Of a stretch of DNA of 64,000 nt, positions 39,950 to 52,430 are shown piece by piece (position 1 is the stretch's first letter; each line of letters opens with the position of its first letter). The position numbers and the translations under genes are program-made. This DNA comes from Eledone cirrhosa. Its lineage: Eukaryota. The notes below the pieces were generated by a model that was given only the letters and a program-made list of their open reading frames with translations, made no database searches and was not told the DNA's origin. The DNA lies in the NCBI GenBank assembly GCA_964016885.1, contig OZ024745.1, forward strand, positions 125,488,001-125,552,000. The letters run 5' to 3'.

Positions 39950-41470
39950 AATTTCCAAAGTCTGGCAGTTTGAGGAAAAAAAGTTATGACTGTAGAAAGA
40001 CTTCCTTATTCATAGAAGCACAACAACATTGGATGAAGATGGTGTGAGCTTTTAGTTAAGCGAGATGGGACAAAATGATCTGGAACCAAAATGGAAAGTG
40101 CCTCAGAATACTGCCTTTGGTAATAACGATAGAAAAGACTAAGACTGGCGATGTTACATCGATATGACAAGGGTTGCAGAGACGAAGCAAGAGAGGGAAC
40201 AATCAAATTAGGCATTCACTTCTGAACCCGGTTGTGAAGATCCAAGTGACAAGATGGTGCATCTGCCCAAATATGACAGCAGTATTCCTTACAAGAACAA
40301 ATTGGGAACTTATAAAGATACAAAATGGTCTCAGATATGAGGTAGTTGTTTGACATATACAATGACCCAACCTTACAGGAAGCAGACCTACCAATTTGTT
40401 ATATGTAATAGCACCAAGAAAGATCAGGTGAGAAAATAATACCAAGCAATTTCAAAGAAGACCCTTCCTCAAGTAGTTTGACTGTCTTACCATGACCATG
40501 AGACACCTCAGACCCATGGCTCATATAAATGGGAACTAAAATAGGGATCCCACTTCCTACTGAAAGACATGAGTTTGGTCAGCCAGGATTGAAAGTTACT
40601 AGCCTATTGTTTTGATGTTAGTACTTCCTTGTTCTTGTTGAAAGCTGCCCAACCTAGAGCGATGCGATACTGCACAGCAACCATTCCATTGTTGTTTGGT
40701 GATAGTTTGTGACCGAGATATACAAACTCCGTAACTTGAGCAATTTGCTGGTTGTAGATTGCGAGTTTGAGATTTGCATTGTTTTTTAACATCAAAACGA
40801 GTTTCCGATCATTTGAAGGCTAAGATCTTCAATACTTACATCCAACCAGTTGTATTATATGGTCTTGACTGTGTTAATTGGACGACAAGGTCACTTCAGA
40901 AGCTCTCTACATTCCAGAACCACATCATGAGACTTATGACTGGCAAGCGGCTCAGCAACCGTATCTATATCAGTGAGCTGCTCAACATTACCAGACTTAG
41001 ACCAATTACATCAATTGTCAAGTCAACAGTACTCAAACTATACGGTCATATAAAAAGATCAAACTCGTTGTATGAGTAGGTTATGCCTGGAAAGAAGGTT
41101 GGCTGGTAAGAGAAGCAGAGGCCGGCAGCCAAAACGATGGCTTGATAATGTCAACCTATGGACTGAACTTGATCTTTGCTCTTTTAACTCTGCTGTTGGT
41201 GATCGAACTTTGTGGAGAAAAATATCTCATGTTCATGCACAGTCTGCAACTGGTGGAGTTTAGCATCAAAGTAGTAGTAGTAGTAGTCTATTGTTTCCCT
41301 ATTTCTTATCAGCCTGCAGATCCACCTCATGATTTGAAGCAAATTCCAACCATTTCAAGAGAGAGGGATTGCCAGGAAAACCAGAAAAACAAATTAGTAT
41401 CATCAGCAAAAATGTTGATGAATTGAAGAATATTGACAGGTAGATCCATTGATGTAGAGGAGAAATAAAG
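39950..41470 (-). mobile_element. Old CR1/Jockey-group LINE remnant interrupted by the inverted RTE
   Basis: LYIN../INIFADDTNL (41470-41390), NRLVTFNP across the insertion site, LQPLSYRCNIASLSLFYRYY (40200-40110). Confidence 0.72.
40607..41286 (+). mobile_element. RTE-like LINE with 5' inversion, (AGT)n tail and TSD
   Basis: The minus piece ends ..FVYLGHKL..WAAFNKNKEVLTSK and the plus piece starts LTSKRVSDHLKAKIFNTYIQPVVLYG; TAG(C/T)CTATTGTTT on both sides. Confidence 0.85.
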
Positions 41471-43699
41471 TGGTTCACTAGTTAAAGCAGTGGTGCAGCC
41501 TGATCACGAAATTAATGTAGAAGGGGTTGAGTATTCCCTAAACATATGTATATTTAATGTGGAACACAGGGAGATTCAGCAAGACAGTGTGTGACAAGGC
41601 TTACCCTTTGAATTATGGGTACAACTGATTTTAGTTTTAGTTGAGTGAACTGGAGTAATGTAAAATAATCTTGACCAAGGATAAGAACACAATGGACTGC
41701 CAGAAACTGAAATAACCAACTTACAATTTTGATATCAAAACCTTAATCACTAAGGCACCTTCACTGATATGTTGATTAATCACCTGTTTTCTTCAAAGTA
41801 ACTCACAGATCATTTTAATATATATTTTTCTGCTTGCATATTATAACCAACCCATGTGTATATATATCCTATGAAGCACAGAAAATATACACTTTGCTAA
41901 GACACTGTGACCATTTTGTAAGAATATGGATAAAAATTATTTATTCTGCTTTTGACATTAAGTTTTCTCTTATTTATTATCTCATACAATTACAAACTGA
42001 AACTCACTGTGTGTGTTAAACAGTGTTGTTAAACAGTGTGTTAAACAGTGTTGTTAAATAAATGATTGGATTCTTTGAAATGAAGAAAAAGTTAAAATAC
42101 TGGTGTTTGTTCCAATTAAATTGTTCCACCAAAGAATTAAAGCTGTGTCGCAGTACCATTATGCCATGAACTTAGTGTTAATCCATAATTCTCACTTCAT
42201 TAATTGATCAGATGAAACAGATTGCAACCAAAACTATGGCTTCTTCACAGTTACCATTTCCTTCAGTGATTTAATCAAATTATCTGCATTCATTGTTTAA
42301 TTAAATTCATTGATTAAGCTAATCCATTGTCTATATCAATTTAGAATAAATTAATATCAACAAATATATCACAGTAGTACAATTGCTTTGGGGTTAAAGC
42401 ACTAGGACAAACTACTCGATGCTAATGAACATAAGACATATTTCTATTGAACCAACAAAGCCATAATCAAAGTTGCTCCAGTCACGCCCATCTATCTTTC
42501 TCAAGTCATAATCTACATAGCACTACACAATATTATTGAATATGACCATTTTTTTTATTTTTCAGACAGTCTTCTATGATTTAGTTATTTTGATAGCAAG
42601 ATGACTGAAACTGCCTGGGATCTATAATGCAAAATGACGTATTTTATTATGTTTTAATACTTCCTTTGTGATTTTATTTAAGACATTTTTATTTTAAATA
42701 TTAACATATTAATGAAAAGATAAACTATTTTATTAAACACATTTTATTTTATATACAGTAGTAATAATTGTTTCTACTTTAGGCACAAGGCCAGCAATTA
42801 CCCAATGCATTACTGGTACTTTATTCTATCGACCCCGTAAGGATGAAAGGCAAAGTTAATTTTTTTATAGGATTTGAACTCTGATCTTAAAGGCCCGTAA
42901 CTCCATGCTGCAAAGCATGGCGTCCAACCCTCTAGCGATACTGCCTAATAATACAATAACAAAGGATTAATGTAAAAGATGGTTGATATTTCTAGCAGCT
43001 CAAGTGACCATATATTGTTTCCATCATTGGCTTATGTGATGTAATGTGACTGAACAAAGTAAGTAACTATATCTGCTGCAGTTTATAAAGGTTGACAACA
43101 GGCTCAACTTCGACATCTACATTGACATGTTAGATATGAGTGTGAAATTTTATGCTAAAGCTAAACTGCTCTTAGTAAAACAAATATGTCGATTCTGTCA
43201 TGAAAACATGCATATCGACAGTCGACCAATTTTCATCAAATCAGACTGAGGTAACAATGTTTCCATTGGTCTTTCTAATTGCTAATACTCTTTATCGGTT
43301 GCAACTCTAGGTAGAAGGAGCAACGTGAAATATAGTGTCTTGCCCAAGGACAAAACGCATCGCCTGGTCCGGGAATCAAACTCACAACCTCACGATTGTG
43401 AATCCAATTCTCTAACCACTCAGCCACACACCTTCACATGCATATAATACTACAAAACAGAAGGAAAACAGCTCCCTCAGAAGATAATGACGCTCAAGTT
43501 TTGAAGGTTCTATATTCAATCCCAGCATTTTTACAGTATTGCCTCCTTATGGCCACAATCCAAAGAACAATACACATGATGAGGGTTTGAACCTAATTAC
43601 AACATCATTGTTTACTGATTAGAATGTTGCATAAAAAACCCCAGTTAGTCAATATTTCAAAACACCAATATCCCAACTGCGGTTGACATCAGGAATGAA

Positions 43700-43960
43700 G
43701 AAATCCTGCAGAGAGGAGGGTCACGTACACTGCAGGTGATCATCATGGAGCATGAGTTCTATCTTGTGGGTCACATTCTGCACGTTCCAGAACATTGTCC
43801 ATCCAAAATGGTGATGATGTGGACTCCCCACAAGGGCAACAATAAAAGAGACCAACAGGCATTTCAAATCAACCAACAAACCGTCAACATCACCTGGTAC
43901 AGATGTCAATGAGTTGCTGCTGACCGACAGCATTGGAGACAATTAGTTGACTTATGTTCT
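43700..43960 (+). mobile_element. Decayed RTE-like 3' fragment
   Basis: LVGHILHVPEHCPSKMVMMWTP resembles the GH..R....P...L.W.P motif. Confidence 0.45.
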
Positions 43961-44313
43961 TGATTGAACAAGCCGGAATAAGAGCTAAGAGATTATATAT
44001 ATAGCTGAAGTTGAAGCATATAGACAATATGCCCCCACCCCCTCCCAGTACAAATTTGTCGTGGAGGTGTCATGACAAAAAAGCACCCAGCCCACACTGT
44101 AAAGTGGTCGTGCAGGCGCCACAGAAAAAAAGCACCCAGCACTCACTGTAAATGAGGTTGGTGTTAGGAAGGGCATCCAGCTGTAGAAATCAAGCCAAAA
44201 TAAGTTCCTGTATGAGCAAGACAAGGTCACCCAACCTGGCACTGCCCACAACAACACAACCCATCCAACCCATGCTAGCATGGAAGAATGAACGTAAAAC
44301 GGTGATGATGATG

Positions 44314-44364
<51 letters not shown>

Positions 44365-45198
44365 CAAATAATTGTTTCTACTTTTTGCACAAGGCCAGCA
44401 ATTACCCAGTACATTACTGGTACTTTATTTTATCGACCCCGTAAGGATGAAAGGCAAAGTTAACCTCGGCAGGATTTGAACTCAGACTGTAAAGGTTTGT
44501 AACTATGCACAAATAATGAATCAAAACATATCTAATCATCATCATCATCATCATCGTTTAACGTCCATCTTCCATGCTTGCATGGGTTTGGACGGGAATT
44601 TTTCCACTTGAGGCAAGATTGGTTGTCTTGCTCGTATAGGACAGTCTGGCAGGTTTTCTACGGCTGGATGCCCTTCCTAACACCAACCACGTTTACAGTG
44701 TGGACTGGGAGGTTTTTACCGTGTTACCTACACGGCCACATTACAGCGTGGACTGTGTGTTTTTTTGTCATGACACCTACATGACCTCATTTATTTAATA
44801 TGTTTTTAATTTTATGTTTCTCAATAAGCAAACTCAATAGACATAATCTAGGGCGATAATATTCTTCTATTATATATATATTTGGCCTATATACAATAAA
44901 CTGTGTTTCTGATACGATATATGGCTCTTTCTCTCTATATATATACATATATCGTTCTATATGTGTGTGTGTGTATCAAAACAGTAAAACCTTTAAATAG
45001 CAAACTGATAAAAAATATTTAAGGTGGGTATGGAATAACTGTTATTACATTGTTGCATCCCATATAGTTATATCAACCCCAAAGCTACAAGGATGCAAAC
45101 TGAACTTCTTAAGTACACAGCCATGCTTGCACTTACTATATTTATACATAGATATTTATCCATACATATACATCTGTCTACCACTTTCATTCTCTCTC

Positions 45199-45245
<47 letters not shown>

Positions 45246-45278
45246 AGAAATTAAAAGATGGTTAAAAAAGTTCCATAT

Positions 45279-45346
45279 ATTTTATTATGCACATTTCGAA
45301 AACAACATCATCCTGGGACAAAAAATGTGTTCTCATCAGATAAAAT
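45279..45346 (-). ncRNA. Type I hammerhead ribozyme (family H), left arm
   Basis: Exact reverse complement of 45481-45548. Confidence 0.78.
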
Positions 45347-45480
45347 AAGGTAACATGATATGAGGCCTAAAAACACTTGTCAACAAGAAAGTGTCCAGTC
45401 TATCAGATAAAATAAGTCTACGTATAGACTGGACACTTTTTTGTTGACAAGTGTTTTTAGGCCTCATATCATGTTACCTT

Positions 45481-45548
45481 ATTTTATCTGATGAGAACAC
45501 ATTTTTTGTCCCAGGATGATGTTGTTTTCGAAATGTGCATAATAAAAT
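45481..45548 (+). ncRNA. Type I hammerhead ribozyme (family H), right arm
   Basis: ATTTTAT CTGATGA GAAcac...gttTTC GAA ATGTGCAT A ATAAAAT; 7-bp stem I, canonical core, AUA site. Confidence 0.8.
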
Positions 45549-45709
45549 ATATGGAACTTTTTTAACCATCTTTTAATTTCTTCTTTAATATATACTCCAG
45601 TTCTACCAACTGTTGAGTGCTACTTATCTGATATATGCATAGTTTTATTGTTCTACAATATTACTCACCTTCTACATATATATATATATTTATTAAAATA
45701 ACAGATTAA

Positions 45710-45760
45710 AGTTTAAGCAAAGAATCGCTGCTTTCACCCTTAACGGGATCTTCTGAAACT
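45710..45760 (-). ncRNA. Hammerhead ribozyme variant with U4A and U17 (family C, best copy)
   Basis: AGTTT CAGAAGA tCCC gttaa GGGt GAAA GCA gcgattctt TGCT T AAACT. Confidence 0.62.
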
Positions 45761-45885
45761 AATATATGTATATATATATATCTATATATATACATATATA
45801 TTTTTTTCTATCTCTCTCTATATATATATACATATATATATATATAGATAGATAGATAGAAAAATAGACAGTGAGAAAGAAAGCA

Positions 45886-45960
<75 letters not shown>

Positions 45961-46744
45961 TATATATAACATCTCTTCATATATATAAACATTATGGAAT
46001 AGATATCAATGCACACATACACAGTTTGGCAAGAGACATTATGATTGCTATTCGTGTGAGGAATGCTAATTTCAAACATCAAGGAGCTTGTGTTCCTTGA
46101 TTTATATCCATTCTACATGCTTGTTAAACCAAAGTTAACTACTAATGTCCCAATCTGATTGTTAGCAACAACACCTGTATCAGTTCTAAATTATTATTAC
46201 TGAGCTCTACTAAATGAGCCACCACCTGAGTTCTTATTAGCATTCTCTAGCATTCTCTAGATGAAATTATATAAAATCGTTATTGATGCCATGTTTTCAA
46301 AAATTATTAGTGTACCAATTTTCCTCTAGGGAGCTTATTTACACTTTTCTTCTTTTTTTTTTTTGTTATTTTTTTAATACATTTATTTATTTATTTGTTT
46401 TTACTGTTTCCACAACAAATGAGAAATTCTACAATGCAATCTAAGATCAAAAGGCATGAATTTTCCAAAACACCTTATGACACATCATATTCAGGTTCCT
46501 TTTACTGATCCAGTTTCATTGCTTGTGTCTCATTAGGAAATAGTCTTACCACAGAACAAGGTTATGAATCATATAATTTTTTTTTTTTTTTACTCATTTC
46601 AGTTATTAGACTGGGGCCATGCTAGTGTCACTGCATTCAAGAGAATTTTTGGAAGCTTCATACTTATTTTATCGAGCCTTAATTATCGAACTGGTAAGTT
46701 ACAGAACTTTAACACACAATAAACATAAACACAGACATTTTATT

Positions 46745-47720
46745 TATTCACATGTTTTCAGATGATATCAAGATGGAATTTGTTTTGTCAAAATGCACTA
46801 TTCTACTTATGAAGAGAGAAAGAATTGCGATGCCAAATGGTAATATGATGAAATGGATGGAAGAAGAAAGAGGATATAAATATCTTGGAATATTCAAAGC
46901 AGATGGAATAAAACATGAAGATATGAAGTATCAGGCAAGCAAAGACTATGTACGTTGATTGAGGACAGTATTAAATCAAACTCAACTGTGGAAATATTAT
47001 ATCTGCTATCAACTCAAGAGCAGTGTTTATCATTAGATATGGGTCAGCATCATAGATTGGACAAAGGCAGAGTTGGACGTTTTGGATTGCAAAACAAGGA
47101 GGTGGCTGCTGATGTATGGAGCACATCACACCAAGGCAGATGTGGACTGATAATATATGAAAAGAGCAAATGGAGGCCAAAGTTTCATTGGGATAAAAGA
47201 TTGTGTTAAAATAGAAATGGAAAGGTTAGGGCAATATTTATGTATGCCCGGAGTCATGTTACTGAGAGCAATGAACAAAGCAGGTGTATTAGGAAGTAAC
47301 ATTGGTGGCAAAAGTAAAGAAAAGTTACAGAATGAACATGAAACAGTATATGAGAGCAACACATTACACTTCAGAATAGTTCAGAAAAGCTATGGATGAT
47401 GTGATTTGTCTCTATCTATGTGTTTTTTTTTTTCTGTCCTTACACTTATACCCTTGTCCCTTGAATTATGAAGAGTGAAGACAGGATATAAACTGGGAAG
47501 AGGAGAGATTACCATCATTCACCTGCTCCTCATGGATGAACTAAAACTATTTGGGAAGAGTGAGAAGTTGGATGTACTTGTTAACACTGTTCGTATTTTC
47601 AGCAATGATATATGTATGGAATGTGGTGCTAATACGTGTGGAGTCCAAGAAATGAGGATATGAAGAGAAGTAAATTGAAGAGAAACAAAAGAATTGAGGT
47701 ACCGAAAGGATTGGTTGTAT
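46745..47720 (+). mobile_element. R4/Dong-like RT remnants (two fragments)
   Basis: FSDDIKMEFVLSKC..YKYLGI, and HLLLMDELKLF..VRIFSNDICMECGANTC. Confidence 0.75.
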
Positions 47721-49118
47721 TGGGAGCTGGTAAGGTGCAACCAAACCAATCAAAAGTAAGTATTTTGAGGAGCCAAGCTGGCTGTGTTTATACCAACAAA
47801 TCAAAATGAAACTTTCTTTACAAAAAGAACAAAAATTAAACATTGCAATAAAAACAAAGTGTTGGTTTATATTCATAGAACATTTAAAATGTATCCTGTT
47901 TTATTCATCTTAGTTTCTGATAATCAATAAAACAATGTTTTGTCTAAAGAAACGGAAAGAGTTCCAGGTGGGAGATGATAAAGGAGATCAACACCTGAAG
48001 GCAGATAACATCAAGGACAATAAAAAGACGATAAGATCTTAATACATAAGGATTTACTAAAATAACATTTATCTAAATAACAGAATATCATAAGTGCAGT
48101 AAATTCCTGAGCTGTGTCTATTATTAGGTTACTAGAAAGATATTTTTCAACTAAGAGAAAACACCCTTATCTAAATGATTGTGCCAAAATTTTGTGACAA
48201 TTGTTGACAAAATAGAACAAAATTTAAAAAGACTCACCAGTGGTGATCCCTCATGACAATAATAATAATTGGCATGATCCCTCATGACAATAATAATAAT
48301 TGTTTCTACATTTGGCACAATGCTAGAAATTTTGAGGGAAGGGAAAGTCGATTAAATCTATCCCAGTGTATTACTGATGTTTTATTTATCAACCCCGTAA
48401 GGATGAAAGGCAAAGCTAACCTCAGAAGATATTCAAGATGTATCAGAGGGTACTGGCTGTTCTCAATGATAATAATGATAATGATGATGATGTTAATAAT
48501 ATTTTTAACATAGGCACAAGACCAATAACAAGACCAATAACTTATAGGTTTTGAAGTCAACAAGAAAGTGTCTATGCAGTCACTCATCCCTCTAAAACAG
48601 CAACCAAATCTACCTTAAGTCATACACCACTATCTTAAAATAGAAAGTACACGCATTACATACTGCAGTCACAGATATCTAAAGTAACATAACAGCCTTG
48701 GTCAGAATACCTTTAATCACAGGTTTGCGCAATCCAAGTTGGCTGTTAGCTAAACAACAAAGGAACTATTTTTCTAAAGAGTTATTGAAGTTTCCTGTTT
48801 TGTATTGACTAGTTTAGCTGTAATACATAGGCTGTGTCATGACTTTGAATCAATTTTTATTACCAATTAACTTTTACCCCTTTAATGAAAGCATATAAAT
48901 CTGCTTAGGTCAGGCAATCTGGCTTATGACAGCTTTTATTCCTACTATAAAATCTAGTGGCTAAATAGCAAGAAAGACATCAAAACTGTAAAACTGCTCT
49001 AACAGTATAAAAATATGATAATTTGTAAGATCAGTTGCATACTATCATGAAATCAAATGTAAACCTGTCTACAAACCACGTTTAGTAATGCACATTCATG
49101 CATATATACACACACCTG

Positions 49119-49150
<32 letters not shown>

Positions 49151-50236
49151 ATATATAGATTCCTGAGTTGTGTCAGGTGGTAACCACAGTTAAAAACAGT
49201 ACTCAATACTTTGTTAGAGTATAGTTATTCCATACATATATCAAGCAGGGAAAAGTGGACATAAAATGATGATGATAATGCTGATGATAATGATATATAG
49301 AAATGACTTCTACATGACTAGAATTTCATTCATATGAAAACATGATGATTTCATACAAATTAAACAGATCTAGTCCTGTAGAAGTCATTTATATATATAT
49401 ATATGAGTGAGTCATCATCATCATCATCAACGTTTAACGTCCGTGTTCCACGCTTGCATGGGTTTGGACGGAATGTGTGTGTGTGTGTATTATTTAGATG
49501 TGTAACTACAGCTACAGATAGTGTGCCATTCAAAGAACTCAATGCTCATATGAGGACCATTACGTGTTGGCTTGTATTCAAAAGTTAAGGTGTCTGTAGT
49601 GTGCAGAATGTATATAGATTAAGTAGAATCAAAGTTAGTGTTTCAGCAGCATATGTATAAACTTTATTGGCAATAAAGTTTGTCAATAAAGTTTGTCAAT
49701 AAAGTTTTTCAATAAAGTTTGTACATTTGCCACAACATTGACTTTGAATCTACTTACACACTCTCTCTATTACATATTTTTTTTTTTTTTTACTGGGACT
49801 ACCTTTTATTTTCTGTATTTATCCTTAGTGATCCTGTTTCTATTTTGTACTCCTCAAGAAGGGCTAAAGCCCAATATGTCAAACTTTCTCTCCCCTTTTC
49901 CATATAAAACGTGAAACTAATAAGACATTTTGTATCCCTGCTTGGGTTAGACAGGTCATCCCATTTGAGGTAAGTCAGGTCAGGTGACCGTGTCTTACCC
50001 ATACAGGTCTGTTTCTGGCTAGATTTCTACTGTTGGATGCCCTTCCTAATACCTACAACATTTACAGTGTGTGCTGGGTACTTTTTGTTGTATATATATA
50101 GATATAGATATATATAAGACATACATAGCAAACAAAGACAGCAAAGAATATGAAAATATCTTAAAAACAGAAGATGGTGATAAAGAATTGTAGAAATTAA
50201 ACAAATTATTTGAAAATGGATTTTAAAATGACTTAC

Positions 50237-50363
50237 ATTGCCGGGCAAAGATGTTCATTACATTTCCGTTGCTTATCATCTGGTTTCATTGAAGCATTGC
50301 AGTACATTTCATCCACAAAACCAGCTTCCATCTCAGTGCATATAACAACAGAACGTTGTGTGC
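50237..50363 (-). CDS. ADAMTS7/12: ADAMTS7/12-like exon: TSP1 repeat, second half
   Basis: Not in the ORF track. attgcag| acceptor and |gtaagt donor; 127 nt, phase 1 to 2, matching both neighbours. GTQRSVVICTEMEAGFVDEMYCNASMKPDDKQRKCNEHLCPA resembles ADAMTS7 ..C.E..AG.VDE..C....PDD.QRKC.E..CPA. Confidence 0.93.
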
Positions 50364-50389
50364 CTGCAATGTAGATTAGTACAATACAA

Positions 50390-50610
50390 CCCTTTAGTAT
50401 TTACATTACTCTATATTTACTATTGTATTTCCGATGTAAAGGCATTATCTCACGTAATTATCTCTCATAATATCGAATCTATAAGATTTTGATATTATTT
50501 ATTTTAAGAACAATACCTTAACATCAATATGAACGACTGGTTATGGCCAGTTTAAATAGAAAAAGGTGAGAGAATTCTGGCCAGATATAGCCAGTTTAAA
50601 TGCTAAAGGG
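50390..50610. mobile_element. piggyBac-like MITE, copy 2
   Basis: CCCTTTAGtATTTA...TAAATGCTAAAGGG|TTAA; opposite orientation to the 8021 copy. Confidence 0.8.
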
Positions 50611-51489
50611 TTAAGAATGAGAAAGTGAAAGCTACACTGTGTAAACCATAATGATGTAATAAAAAAAAGAGACAAGGTAAATTTGTTTAAAATACAATGA
50701 ATTTGTTTGGATGACAGGATATCCGTTGGTATGATGGTAGCATAAGTAAAATGATAAGAATAAAGATTAGTATCTTAAAAAGAAATCTGACTCAGTAGTC
50801 TTTGATAGCTTCCTTTAAAGTTTCACTGGCAGCATTCTGGAATCAAAAATCAATTTTGAAATCTTCATATGTGGTGAATTGACAAAGTTGTTTGAGAGTT
50901 GGACTTGCAATATTTGTTTTAGCTCTGTGTTCCTAATGATTTTGGCATTGATAGAATTAAGCACCAACCCTAAGGCTTTAATATGCAGAATTGTTAAAGC
51001 ATCAGGCCAGATGTTTTTATGGTATTTGTTCCCAGATCTTTGCATTGTGAGCTGAAATCCTACTGTAGCCTACTTGGATGTTAGACAATGTGTCACCTGA
51101 TTTAATACCAACACCTGGCTATTTGATGCCTTTAGCAGATTCCACTTTGTTACAAGCACTCAGACTAGATAAACAATTCAAGGAGAGATTCCTTCCTTCT
51201 TTCCTCCCCTTTCCAACCTATGAATCTCAGAGTCTCTGAAAAGTGTGATGAGCTATGACTTTTCCTACCTGACTAAACAGAAAAACAAAATAATTATTTA
51301 TAAACGAGATGCTGGAAAGGTAGCTTTCTAATGATAAGTTCAGTAGATTTCTGGTAACGAAGGATCACCTGTAAAGCTACAGTTCCCGATCTGTAACAAT
51401 GTGGTTTATCCCCCACCCCTCCAGCACAGGATGGTACACTCTTAATATCAAGTGAAATCAGAACATAAAGAAGCGTAACAAAATCTAAA

Positions 51490-52430
51490 ACCTCTTAATA
51501 ATCATATTTAAAACTATTCAACAGAATTCGTAATATAATCGGCTTGTCTCCCCACAGCCCCTGCGGACAGAATGGAGAAGGTATTTCCCCGGAGGACGGC
51601 AAGGGAGACGCACTGGAAAAGCCACTCCAACTCGCGGGGCTCACACCTGTGGCTGGCCAGCTCAGCACCTATGGTGGTGCATAGGGAGGTAGCCCTAGGG
51701 CCGAGGACACCAGAAGTCTCCACTGCCAAGGGTAAAACTGCAAACCTGTCAGAGAGCAACTGGTATTTGAGGAGTTTGGCCTCCTCAGCCTGACGTGCAG
51801 CAGAACATGGGTTAGTTGCAGACTGCACCAGGTTGCGGCTGCAGAAAGTGTTGGTGCAAATGGCATCCCAGACGAGGGGTTTGCCACAACAGAATGGGAA
51901 GATGGTCATGCCATCTGGCCTTTTGCCATCCCCTCAGCCCAGCTCCACCAGCTCGAGCTGGGAAGGGAAGCCTGCAGCATCCAAGCCATGCTTTATGAAC
52001 TCTTTGAGGGCAGCATGGCGTGGAAGGCGGCGACAGGAAAGTGGGTGGAGGCCGAAAGAGTCCACAGTAGATGGTGTATCTCGCAGATCCGGAGGCCGAG
52101 CCTCAAGGAAACGCTGATGTGCAGGCTATTGTTGTTTAGCTGCGTGCCAGTGGAGATGGAGGGCAGGGCATGAAAACAGGCAAGGCGGTGCTGGTCGAGA
52201 TGGCACGTGAGCCTGTCTGAAGCCAGGCTGCACTGGATGGCATCCCAAGTGCTTTGTGAGGACTTGACGTTAGCAAGGGGAAAAGGAGGAGGGACGTCTA
52301 CTGGGCTAAGTCCCAGCCAGTCCCACGTCTCACAGGCGGCCTCACGTTCTCTGAATACAGAGGGTTCTATTGTGTTTTGAAGAACCTTGCTGACGAGGAC
52401 GTGGCATGAGGTTATCAAGTTGTTAATGGA
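51490..52430 (-). mobile_element. CRE-like non-LTR retrotransposon 3' remnant (restriction-like endonuclease)
   Basis: GC-rich island. DGKRPDGMTIFPFCCGKPLVWDAIC...AEEAKLLKY..L...LAVETSGVLG...WLFQCVSLAVLRGN. Confidence 0.85.

Larger units (their letters stand above)
45240..45587. repeat. Inverted repeat with roughly 164-bp arms and a 20-nt spacer
   Basis: 45240-45403 versus 45424-45587; one mismatch seen. Confidence 0.92.
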
